A stretch of DNA of 64,000 bases from Nitrospirota bacterium. GTDB lineage: Bacteria > Nitrospirota > UBA9217. Both the position numbers and the translations under genes were made by a program. The stretch is from assembly GCA_963845065.1 (NCBI GenBank), contig CAWJQQ010000002.1, positions 96,001-160,000 on the forward strand, in the 5' to 3' direction. Below the pieces are notes generated by a model that worked only from the letters and a program-made list of their open reading frames with translations, searched no databases and was not told the DNA's origin. Positions 8,165 through 16,964 of this stretch are shown in pieces (the first letter of the stretch is position 1; every line of letters begins with the position of its first letter).

Positions 8165-10693
8165 TCAACTACCGCGTGGCTTCGCGCGGCGGGTAGGTAT
8201 GGCATTCCAGGGATCGTCCGGCCAAGGATGTTTTGGGTACCGCCCTTTCAAATCTTTCTTAACCTGTTCATATGACGTATCCCAGAATCCTTTTAAATCC
8301 TGGGTGATCTGGACCGGCCTACGGGCAGGCGAGAGCAGGTGCAATACTAGTTTTATCCGGCCTCCGGCAATCGCCGGCGTATCTGCAAGTCCGAACATTT
8401 CCTGCAACTTGACGGCGAGAACCGGCTGATCCCCTAAAGTATAATCGAGCGCTACGGTGGAACCGCTCGGAACAATAATGGATAAAGGCGCTTGTTCATC
8501 CAGAAGGCGCTGCTGTTTCCATGAAAGTCGGGCCCTGATTGCCGGGAGGACATTCAGCGCGCTCAAGCCTTGTGCACTGCGAATTCCACCAAGCCAGGAC
8601 GCTAACCATTCCTCGGGATGTTGAAATAGTTCTTCATCAGAAACATCCGGCCAGGCCTCCTCCGGAAAGGACCTCTTCAACAAACCTACCCTTGCCTGAA
8701 ACTGGCGTGCTTCCCGGCTGAAGGTTAAGATGCCGGGGGTCATACGGATGGTTTCGCAGAGAATCGGCGTGGCCTCTGCGTCGGCTGGGATGAAAGTCTT
8801 TTTTGCAAAGAGTAACGCTCCGTACCGGTCTTCAATAGCAGCAGTAATCCTATTTTCCTTCCAGTCCCATTCCACCTTTCTGACGGTCTCGATACATGAT
8901 GCACATTCGCTCCGGATAAGCTCCTCTTCCACGGGAGCAGCAATGTGCACAAACCCTTCCGCTTTCTCACCCGCATCGACGACAACAGCTATAAGATAAG
9001 GGCTGCTTCCGAGGTGGCTGTTCAGGGAGAGACGGACTCCCCGCCCCTGGACGTGGATAAAACGACCTCCCCCCTCTTCGCGCCGTTTGCAGATCCTATC
9101 AGGAAATGCAGTGAGCAATAGTCTGGAAACTGCTTCCTGATCAATAGTATCGCGTATGGGCTTCTCCTCTGTCCTGGCTGTCAAACGTGAAAGCTGTTTT
9201 GAGGTTCTTTCCACGGTGCGGAGCACGGAGCGATCTGCACGAGAGTCGGTGTCTTTTCCCGTTCGCCAGCAATGGAGTGATTCAATCCGTCCCATAATAT
9301 CGGGTTCATCGATCTTACGGTCCGCTACGCTGTGCCGGAAAATGTCACGCTCCGTCAGGATGGCGGCAAGGTCAGCGCCAAGGCCTGGACAGCCCAGTTC
9401 CTGCGCACGCGTCATCAAGCGGCCCAACCGGGGGTGCAGCGGCAGACGTGCCATGGCACTGCCCACGGCAGTGACAGATCTTGATTTGTCGAGGGCGCCG
9501 AGTTCCTGCAGCAGAGAGACCGCCGAATCCCAGGCAGCCGAAGGAGGCGCATCGAGCCACGAAAGTTCGTGCGCTTCTTTAACGCCCCAGACGGCAAGTT
9601 CCAGAACGAGTTGGGAAAGGTCTGAGAGCAGCATTTCCGGCTGGGTAAAGGGCAACATGCTGTGAAGGTCATGACTTCCGTAGAGTCGATAACATACGCC
9701 GGGCCCAAGTCGTCCTGCCCTGCCTTTGCGCTGTTCCGCCGATGCGCGGGAAACCGGCACGGTCACGAGCCGGTTCATCCCTGTCGAGGGATCGTAACGG
9801 AGCATTCGCGTCTGGCCGCTGTCAATGACAACTTGAACGCCCTCGATCGTGAGGCTCGTCTCTGCAATGTTCGTGGCAAGCACGACCTTCCGTGCATCCT
9901 TTGACGGCATGATTGCGCGCTCCTGTTCATCGAACGGGAGGTCACCGTAAAGCGGATGTAGGGTAATGCGGTCATTATCGAGGTCCACTGTTTCATGTAA
10001 TTCCTTTACGCATGCCCTGATCTCTCCTGACCCGGGAAGGAACACTAGGATGTCGCCCTGTGTCTCCTTCAGCGCAATCCTGACGGCACGGGCAACACGC
10101 ATAGAAAGCATCCCGGTATTGTTCTCGAGATACCGTTCCTCCACGGGATATGCCTTTCCAGTGGACGTGATGACCAGTGCATTACCGAGAAGTTTTGCAA
10201 TAGGTCCATAGTCAAGTGTGGCGGACATGACCATAATTTTAAGGTCGGGTCGCAAGCTTTTGCGGACGTCGAGGCAGAGTGCAAGCGCAAGGTCTGCATG
10301 GAGGCTTCGTTCATGGAACTCGTCGAAAATAACCATAGCTGTATCTTCGAGGCCGGGATCGGATTGAATACGGCGGGTAAGGATCCCCTCGGTAACGACC
10401 TCAATGCGGGTTTTCCCGGACTTCTTCGCATCGAAGCGGATGGCATAGCCGACAGTAGCTCCCACTTCTTCGCCCATCGATTTCGCCATCCACCGTGCAG
10501 CAGAAACAGCGGCGATCCTGCGCGGTTCGAGCATGACGATACGACCCTGTTCAGGGGGGACAGCCTTAAGGAGCGCTAGCGGGACACGGGTTGTTTTGCC
10601 TGCACCGGGCGGGGCATGCAAAACGACCGATGGGTTTGCTGTGATGGCTGCCATCAGTTTAGCCAGAATAGCGTCTATAGGATAGGAAATCAT
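8165..10693 (-). CDS. hrpB: ATP-dependent helicase HrpB
   Basis: PGAGKTT, DEFHER, MSAT, ATNIAETSLTI, QRKGRAGR and C-terminal GRYPKHPWPDDP; the upstream ORF extension runs into IS DNA. Confidence 0.95.
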   Translation of the reverse strand: MISYPIDAILAKLMAAITANPSVVLHAPPGAGKTTRVPLALLKAVPPEQGRIVMLEPRRIAAVSAARWMAKSMGEEVGATVGYAIRFDAKKSGKTRIEVVTEGILTRRIQSDPGLEDTAMVIFDEFHERSLHADLALALCLDVRKSLRPDLKIMVMSATLDYGPIAKLLGNALVITSTGKAYPVEERYLENNTGMLSMRVARAVRIALKETQGDILVFLPGSGEIRACVKELHETVDLDNDRITLHPLYGDLPFDEQERAIMPSKDARKVVLATNIAETSLTIEGVQVVIDSGQTRMLRYDPSTGMNRLVTVPVSRASAEQRKGRAGRLGPGVCYRLYGSHDLHSMLPFTQPEMLLSDLSQLVLELAVWGVKEAHELSWLDAPPSAAWDSAVSLLQELGALDKSRSVTAVGSAMARLPLHPRLGRLMTRAQELGCPGLGADLAAILTERDIFRHSVADRKIDEPDIMGRIESLHCWRTGKDTDSRADRSVLRTVERTSKQLSRLTARTEEKPIRDTIDQEAVSRLLLTAFPDRICKRREEGGGRFIHVQGRGVRLSLNSHLGSSPYLIAVVVDAGEKAEGFVHIAAPVEEELIRSECASCIETVRKVEWDWKENRITAAIEDRYGALLFAKKTFIPADAEATPILCETIRMTPGILTFSREARQFQARVGLLKRSFPEEAWPDVSDEELFQHPEEWLASWLGGIRSAQGLSALNVLPAIRARLSWKQQRLLDEQAPLSIIVPSGSTVALDYTLGDQPVLAVKLQEMFGLADTPAIAGGRIKLVLHLLSPARRPVQITQDLKGFWDTSYEQVKKDLKGRYPKHPWPDDPWNAIPTRRAKPRGS

Positions 10694-10738
10694 AGGGATG
10701 TGTGGAACGGATCGCTCACAATAAATCCTCTTTACGGG

Positions 10739-12422
10739 CTGACCTACCCCATGTCTAAAGACAGGGGGTTCAAACGGCAATACCGACAGGCTCTCCGGCA
10801 ACAATACAGACATTGCCGGCCTCGACTGTCGTTGATCCGCCTTTAACGGGCGAGCAGCTCTGTCTCCGGTTCATGGTGTTAGCTCTCTTGTTGTCAATAC
10901 CGAAGCTGGCCGGATGAATTCGGCCATTTGCCGCTTCATGCTGCACCCTCAACACCGCCCGTTCCAGGAGCAGGTTTGCACCCGGCCAGGCTGCTAAAGC
11001 CTGGCGCGTGTCGAGGGCATTTTCAAAAACATATTTTGCAAGATATGCGGAGTAGAGATCGCGTTGAGTGTTTACCCCACAACTGCAGGCATGCCACCGT
11101 TGAGATAGCAGTTTTTTGGCTACTTCCCCGCAGTGGCATGTCTCTGAAAGCTTTGTGCTCCGGGTAGAAAATTCAGTTACTTTACCGCCAGCGTTTTCGG
11201 CTTTGCGGCGAAGCATCGAAATAAACATCCCCGGAGCGCGTCGTGAAATGCTTTTGCCATAGAGTTTCTGAAATGCTTTGTACGACAGTTTCTCGGTCTT
11301 TATGTTGGTTCCGAGCTTAAGAATTTTATTGGCTAACTTGCCATGAGCTCGTTTTCTGGTTTCAGCCAAAACTCGCTGTAGCTCGGCTAGTTCAGCCTTA
11401 AGCGCAATGTATTTGGCGGATAATATCCACCGCTTTTTACCCTTGCCGGCACCAGTCTTAGTCGTGCCGTCTTCGTTGTAGTTGTCTGGGTTGGTAGCAC
11501 GAAGGCTTCTGGCCATCTTGCGCTGAACGGTTTTGATACGTTTAAACGGTATCTCGACTTCGGGGCAGAATTCGAGAAGCAAAGCATCAGTATCGCCAAC
11601 AATGGCTGACGTGGACGGGCCAATGTCAAGGCCAACGGTTTCGGTGCCAATCTGGTTCTCACGCTTGATCCTAGCCGTGCCTTTAAGCACAAGTTGGGCA
11701 AACCAGCGGGGATTGCCGCGGATAGTTTTCTTGACCAGACGAACGTACTTGACATCATGGCTAAGCGCATGTGCCTGAACGCCAAACTTGTCTTTTTTGT
11801 CGAAGACACAGGTGAGACGAAGGCCAGTCCACTCCACATGGTCATCGCACCACCGAATACCGGACTTGTTGTTTTTGCCTTCAAGGGACGACATCCAGCC
11901 ATGGCGCTTGAAACGTGGTTTGCCATGCTTCCCGAACTCGTAGTCAGCGACGGCGTTATATGACTCTGAGATCGCTATCTTCTGGGCGGTCAGGCTGTCA
12001 ATGTGCTCACTGATCCAGCAGGAATTGCGGAGGATACCGACGTAGTTATGAAGGTGGTATTCGGTATATTCAGCTATGTTTCTGGCTGTCTTGAACATTT
12101 TAGCGCGTAGCCTGCTCTTTTTCTTCTTGATCGCTAAACGCCATTTTTTAGAGCTACGCATGGCGGCAAGACGTTTCATCGCTTCACCAAGACAGGCATT
12201 ATATAGATAACGACCGGCTTCGAGTCGGACATTAAGCATTCGATTGTCTTTTGGGGTTGTTACGAGTTGAAACTCGTGGATAAATGTTGGAGTTTTAAGT
12301 TTATCTGGCATTGATTGTTCAACTATACCATATAGATATACATTTGTCTAGCAATTGCTGAAAAACAAAGTTCCCGCATTCATCCCCATGGTTAAAACCA
12401 GGGGCTTTCTGCGGATAGTTTG
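10739..12422 (-). mobile_element. IS200/IS605-family element without tnpA (IS1341-type), copy 1
   Basis: Left end TTAC|CAAACTATCCGCAG-AAAG-CCCCTGGTTTTAACCATGGGG; right end GAAC-CCCCTGTCTTTAGACATGGGG-TAGG-TCAG|; homology with copy 2 stops at these junctions. Confidence 0.9.
10770..12311 (-). CDS. tnpB: RNA-guided endonuclease TnpB (513 aa)
   Basis: RuvC-I GLDIG, RuvC-II KTEKL, Zn-finger CHCG/CSCG, RuvC-III QRDLYSA. Confidence 0.9.
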   Translation of the reverse strand: MPDKLKTPTFIHEFQLVTTPKDNRMLNVRLEAGRYLYNACLGEAMKRLAAMRSSKKWRLAIKKKKSRLRAKMFKTARNIAEYTEYHLHNYVGILRNSCWISEHIDSLTAQKIAISESYNAVADYEFGKHGKPRFKRHGWMSSLEGKNNKSGIRWCDDHVEWTGLRLTCVFDKKDKFGVQAHALSHDVKYVRLVKKTIRGNPRWFAQLVLKGTARIKRENQIGTETVGLDIGPSTSAIVGDTDALLLEFCPEVEIPFKRIKTVQRKMARSLRATNPDNYNEDGTTKTGAGKGKKRWILSAKYIALKAELAELQRVLAETRKRAHGKLANKILKLGTNIKTEKLSYKAFQKLYGKSISRRAPGMFISMLRRKAENAGGKVTEFSTRSTKLSETCHCGEVAKKLLSQRWHACSCGVNTQRDLYSAYLAKYVFENALDTRQALAAWPGANLLLERAVLRVQHEAANGRIHPASFGIDNKRANTMNRRQSCSPVKGGSTTVEAGNVCIVAGEPVGIAV

Positions 12423-12650
12423 GTAAGCAGGGCGTAAACTGTACTGAATTTCCTACAAGGAAATAGGAATTATATATGTGATGGCCAGAACAAAAGCAGC
12501 AAAGCCTGCCACCATATTCACCACGGCGACTATCCAGCCGAGACGCTGCATCCAGAGCCCAAAAAAAAATCCTGCGCCATAACCCGTGATACATCCCAGA
12601 GTTCCCGCGGTGGTTCCGATAAGGAGTGAATTGCGGTCATGGTGACTGCC

Positions 12651-13145
12651 TTAATCGGTCCAGACCTCAAATCCGGTTTTCGTATCGAGGATCAGGGACT
12701 GTTTGGGCATCTGCAGCAATTTGAGCGCGACCCAAATGTCGCCAACTGCGCCAATCGAATTAATTATAAGGCAGAGATCACAAAAAAGATTGAGCACGCC
12801 TCGAGCATACAACAGTATGAACAGGATGTCTAGAAGTACGAACGGCGCCACTGCTATCAGGATTAAGTGATTGCGCGGGATCTTGTGTGCAAAGGTTATA
12901 TACACGAGCGGCGGCTTGAGGCCGAATTGCGGCTTGTGTCCGAGCATTGCCGCGGTCGCGCCGTGGATGGTCTCATGCAGGATAATGACAAGTGTCAATG
13001 AAGCCAAAATCCACGCTCCGAGTATGGGCCTCATTCTGAGATCGATGGCAAGAAATGAGTTTGCCACACCTGCAAGGATTCCCAAAAAAATTGCGGCGAA
13101 GTAGACCCGGGTTCTCGGAAGATTATAATCGCAGATCTTGTGCAA
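12651..13145 (-). CDS. DUF3267-type HExxH membrane metalloprotease-like protein
   Basis: ILHETIHG, IAVAPF and NSIGAVGD motifs; probable TTG start after GGGAGG. Confidence 0.75.
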   Translation of the reverse strand: MHKICDYNLPRTRVYFAAIFLGILAGVANSFLAIDLRMRPILGAWILASLTLVIILHETIHGATAAMLGHKPQFGLKPPLVYITFAHKIPRNHLILIAVAPFVLLDILFILLYARGVLNLFCDLCLIINSIGAVGDIWVALKLLQMPKQSLILDTKTGFEVWTD

Positions 13146-13342
13146 AGGCGTCTCTTGCCTCCCTTTTCTCTTGTTCCTCGTTCTTTGACATCCTCCCCGG
13201 GCCGCTAGGTCCGGGAGAATGTATGAGGTGATGCGGCATAGGGAATACGATGGGCGGGTACAATCCAGGTTCATCGTCTCGTGATTTATCGTGACGAACC
13301 GGCGCCAGTTCCGTGAATGTTCACGAAGGGTCATTCGGAGAG

Positions 13343-14773
13343 TTATTCTAAATATTGTTTTATGTTGATATTCGAAGTATGAGGATTGATGATGCCGACA
13401 ACATTCCGTATATACTTCCCGGCCGTTGTCTCGAGAAGACTGATTTCTGCGCCGGACTCTCTTTCCGAACCGTCGAACTTCGTGAGCAGCAGGATCCTGG
13501 GACGCATGAGATCGCGGGTCTGATGCAGGACAAGACCGACCTCGCCAGTCGAGAGTTTCAGGACAGTGCCGATGGGGAAAATGCCGATCATGTTAACAAA
13601 GGCCTTCACGAGCACCGGATCAAACACTTTCCCTCGCTTTTCCACCAGGATCCGGATAGCCTGGTCCGGAGGCATCTGGACGTTGTAATACACACGGGCT
13701 GCCGTGAGGGCTTCGTAGGAGTCGGCAAGAGAAACAATACGGGAGAACAGATGCTCGTCCGAATGGGTCTCCACATGCGGGTAGCCAGTAACTCCATGCT
13801 GATGGTGTTCGAAAGCCACCACCATCGCGAGTTTAGTCACGTTCGGAATGCCTGATGCGATCAGCGCGCCGTTGACGGGATGCCGCTTGACCTCTAGCCA
13901 TTCTTCATCTGTCAGTTTACCCGGTTTGTTAATGATTTCGAGGGGCACGCGAACTTTGCCGACATCGTGCAGCATCGCGGCAACGCCGAGTGCGGCGATC
14001 TGGGGTTTCTCGAACGACAGGAAGGTCCCGAGAGAGATGGCAAGAATGGACGTGTTGACTGAGTGGGCAAATGTATATTCATCATACATCTTGAGGCTGG
14101 TCAGACCCATGAGGGCGTCACGGTTGTCTAGAACATTATCAACCATGGTTTGGACGACCGTGTTCAGTCTGCGCGTGCTAATCGATTTGTCACGGTGAAC
14201 GCTCTGAACCATGTCTTTTATCGCATCGATCGCATCCAGAAACAATCGCGCAGATTTTTTTTGTTCTTCCTTGATGGCGCTGCCGGTATTCTTATCGACG
14301 AGCAGCACGCGGTGGAGGTCGATATGGGAGATATTCTCACGGCCTGCAATCTCCATGACGCCACCCTCTGCAGCAATCGTCTCAGGCTCCTTGCTCATCA
14401 GTACTGCCAGTCTGATGAGCTCTGCAGCAGTTAGCTCCGGTTTAAAAACGATTCCTCCGATTTCACGGCTGATAAATTGCTCCATGAGCAGAGAGACGCT
14501 TTGGTCGAGCGGAACGGAGTGGGTCTCAAAAAATAATTCTCCGGACACGAGGTAGAACGCGACCTCTTTCCTTCCGACCAGCAGTCCCTCAAGAGTGGCA
14601 AGAAGCTTGTTAGCCAGGGCAAGCAGGAAGGGGTGCGATTCGGGATAGATGGTAACGTTTTTCATCAAGCCCGACATCTGCTGAAACGCGGTCTTGGCCG
14701 TGCCAAGCAGCAATTGTCTTGCGAAAAAGGATTGCCTCGCCTCGCCGCGGCTATCGCTTTTCTGGTCCGCCAT
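13343..14773 (-). CDS. HD-GYP domain cyclic-dinucleotide phosphodiesterase
   Basis: YTFAHSVN, LHDVGK, EHH...GYP, ADSYEALT and FDP motifs. Confidence 0.9.
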   Translation of the reverse strand: MADQKSDSRGEARQSFFARQLLLGTAKTAFQQMSGLMKNVTIYPESHPFLLALANKLLATLEGLLVGRKEVAFYLVSGELFFETHSVPLDQSVSLLMEQFISREIGGIVFKPELTAAELIRLAVLMSKEPETIAAEGGVMEIAGRENISHIDLHRVLLVDKNTGSAIKEEQKKSARLFLDAIDAIKDMVQSVHRDKSISTRRLNTVVQTMVDNVLDNRDALMGLTSLKMYDEYTFAHSVNTSILAISLGTFLSFEKPQIAALGVAAMLHDVGKVRVPLEIINKPGKLTDEEWLEVKRHPVNGALIASGIPNVTKLAMVVAFEHHQHGVTGYPHVETHSDEHLFSRIVSLADSYEALTAARVYYNVQMPPDQAIRILVEKRGKVFDPVLVKAFVNMIGIFPIGTVLKLSTGEVGLVLHQTRDLMRPRILLLTKFDGSERESGAEISLLETTAGKYIRNVVGIINPHTSNINIKQYLE

Positions 14774-16847
14774 CGACCTGCCTCCTCGTGATTTCAGTCA
14801 TTGCCCGCATTGCCGCGACCCGGAGCTCCACCTGGAGTTTCCGCGGCTTCCACCACCGGACTCGAGTGAATCCTTTGAGCACATCCCCGGCAGAGGGGCC
14901 TCCGACCTTCCCCAGCGCCCTGATGGCCTCCAGCGTAAGTTGATGCTCCTTTTTGCTGAGAGAACGTTCTTGCAGGTATTCAATGAGGGGTTTTGTATCC
15001 TCAACGGTGATGCCCTTTATTTCAGTGAGTCCGTGGATTGCCATCCCCTGGACGACCTCATCCCTGTCTTTTAAAAACTTCGCCAGGATGCTGGCGGCCT
15101 TTCTCCCTCCGATGGTGATGAGGCCCTTGGCAACTTCCTGCCGTATCTTGGCATTTTTGTGGTCTGCTGCCTTCTGCAGAAAGACAATGGCCTGGTCACC
15201 TTTGCTCTCACCGAGGACATTCACGATATTTCGGACCAGGTACCACCGATTATCGGAGAGGTACTCACCGAGCATCGCTAACTGGTTTTTGCCGAATTCC
15301 TTCAGTAAATCGAGAAGTGCGATACGCGAGGCCTTATCGCTATCGTCTGCTAGAAGTTCCAACAGGACTTCGGTGACTTCACGGTCCATTGCCGACAAAT
15401 AGGTATAAGCGGCGGTATATTCAGGGGACCCCTTCGCGTATTTTCTCAGGTCGCCGATCGTTGACGTGATGATGCTTTTGGAAGACGCCTTTTTGCGCGC
15501 CTCGGTCATCCTCGGCATAAAAGCGGGATCCACCGAAGCATGAAAGGCCTTGGTAATGAGCGAGGCGCGGTCATAATCTTTTTTATTCAAAAGGTAACTC
15601 AACATATCTTCGAGCTGCTGGATGACGCTCGAGAAATGGGTGATCTCTTCGTCGTCGGGAGTTGGATGGTGAGGGTCCCTCACATAGGGAATAAGAGAAA
15701 TCTGGGTGCGCACCGCAGCGTCGATAATGTCCGACTCCATGCCAGCGCTGCTCATGGATTTGAGTGTTTCCATCTCCTCCGGGGTGTACTCCGACATTTC
15801 TTTCGCCATCCCGATTATCTCCGCTGTGATAGGGGGGGCGGAAATCTCGGAGGGCGAAGAAGGCGATTGCACCGGCGGCGATATTTTTTTGTTCGTCGAC
15901 CTCTTTAAGAGTACCGCCACCTGTTGAACGGTCCATTCATTCGAGAACCGTCCGGTCAGGAGTTCGTGATACTCACTCGGCACGTCTTCTGCGAGTTCGA
16001 CTTTTCGCTCCTGGACATTTTCGGCATCCATATCACCATATAGTTTGCCGGCAATCAATGCATCACGATAGGGACCTTCAAGGGACAGGGCCGACTGCGC
16101 CAGGCCCGCAAAGAGCAACTCCTGCTGTTCGGGACTGCCATGCTGTATCTTGCGCCCGGCCTCCTGATACAGCGTAAGGAGACGGTCTTCAACGGTTTCG
16201 TTCTTGCCGCGCGTTTTTTTTGCATGCGCTACCATTTCGGCGCCGAACGCGGCGGGATCTGTCTTGAGATCGCCGAGCACAAGTGTGCGGCCGCTATAGG
16301 TTGCAGCTTTAGGCTGGGGGGCTGGCTCAGTCGCGCCGGAACGAGCCGTTTTGGGATCTCCTTCATCCCATGTGCCCCCGGTATCTACCCTAACGACATC
16401 GTCAAGCCCAGCTTCAGTGACTTTGATATTGGATACGCCTTTTTCCCATAGGATCGAGGAAATACCGCTTTTCATCGCCATCTCTTCCATGGATAGAGCG
16501 AGTGCCTGGAACAGGTCCAGCATTTCTTTTGCCGTTACCTCCGCGCAAAAGGTAATGTCCCTGACACCTTTGGTGAAAAGGTCCTGGGCTATGGCCTTGT
16601 TCAACTGTGTGTCCTTCCCGATTGGCGTTCTCATGTAGGTAAAATAGTTTTTTAGGACACCGATGTTATATTCAGGGGTGGTCTCCAGAAATCGGGCGAG
16701 TACTTCATGGGCTTTCTTGACTGCTTGGGAATAGACGGGGTTGTTGGGCGGATAAAGTTTAACTGCCCTCATAGCCGTGATCAGGCTGCGCATCACCTCC
16801 TGGATTTCAGGTGACAGTGTTTCGGATTGTTTGGCATCTTCTTGCAT
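14751..16847 (-). CDS. HEAT-repeat domain protein
   Basis: C-terminal HEAT/PBS-like repeats (DNRWYLVRNIVNVLGE...); overlaps the HD-GYP start; start codon uncertain. Confidence 0.8.
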   Translation of the reverse strand: MQEDAKQSETLSPEIQEVMRSLITAMRAVKLYPPNNPVYSQAVKKAHEVLARFLETTPEYNIGVLKNYFTYMRTPIGKDTQLNKAIAQDLFTKGVRDITFCAEVTAKEMLDLFQALALSMEEMAMKSGISSILWEKGVSNIKVTEAGLDDVVRVDTGGTWDEGDPKTARSGATEPAPQPKAATYSGRTLVLGDLKTDPAAFGAEMVAHAKKTRGKNETVEDRLLTLYQEAGRKIQHGSPEQQELLFAGLAQSALSLEGPYRDALIAGKLYGDMDAENVQERKVELAEDVPSEYHELLTGRFSNEWTVQQVAVLLKRSTNKKISPPVQSPSSPSEISAPPITAEIIGMAKEMSEYTPEEMETLKSMSSAGMESDIIDAAVRTQISLIPYVRDPHHPTPDDEEITHFSSVIQQLEDMLSYLLNKKDYDRASLITKAFHASVDPAFMPRMTEARKKASSKSIITSTIGDLRKYAKGSPEYTAAYTYLSAMDREVTEVLLELLADDSDKASRIALLDLLKEFGKNQLAMLGEYLSDNRWYLVRNIVNVLGESKGDQAIVFLQKAADHKNAKIRQEVAKGLITIGGRKAASILAKFLKDRDEVVQGMAIHGLTEIKGITVEDTKPLIEYLQERSLSKKEHQLTLEAIRALGKVGGPSAGDVLKGFTRVRWWKPRKLQVELRVAAMRAMTEITRRQVDGGPEKR

Positions 16848-16964
16848 ACATCTTATAGAGTATCTCAAAAATAATATTGTGTCAAAGATATTTTGCCAGT
16901 TGTATGTCCCCTTCCCCTCGCGAATTCTCTTTTTCACGACTTGCGGCCTGGGACAGGCTTCACT

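Noticed and set aside
10719..10738. TnpB guides regulating a host gene elsewhere in the window (TldR-like)
   Set aside because: RuvC residues are intact, the guides equal the immediate flanks, and no second TTAC + guide match was noticed by eye; a genome-wide search is needed to exclude it.
10694..10813. N-terminal extension of HrpB in the ORF track
   Set aside because: The frame runs back into the IS right end; HrpB-like sequence starts at about 10693.
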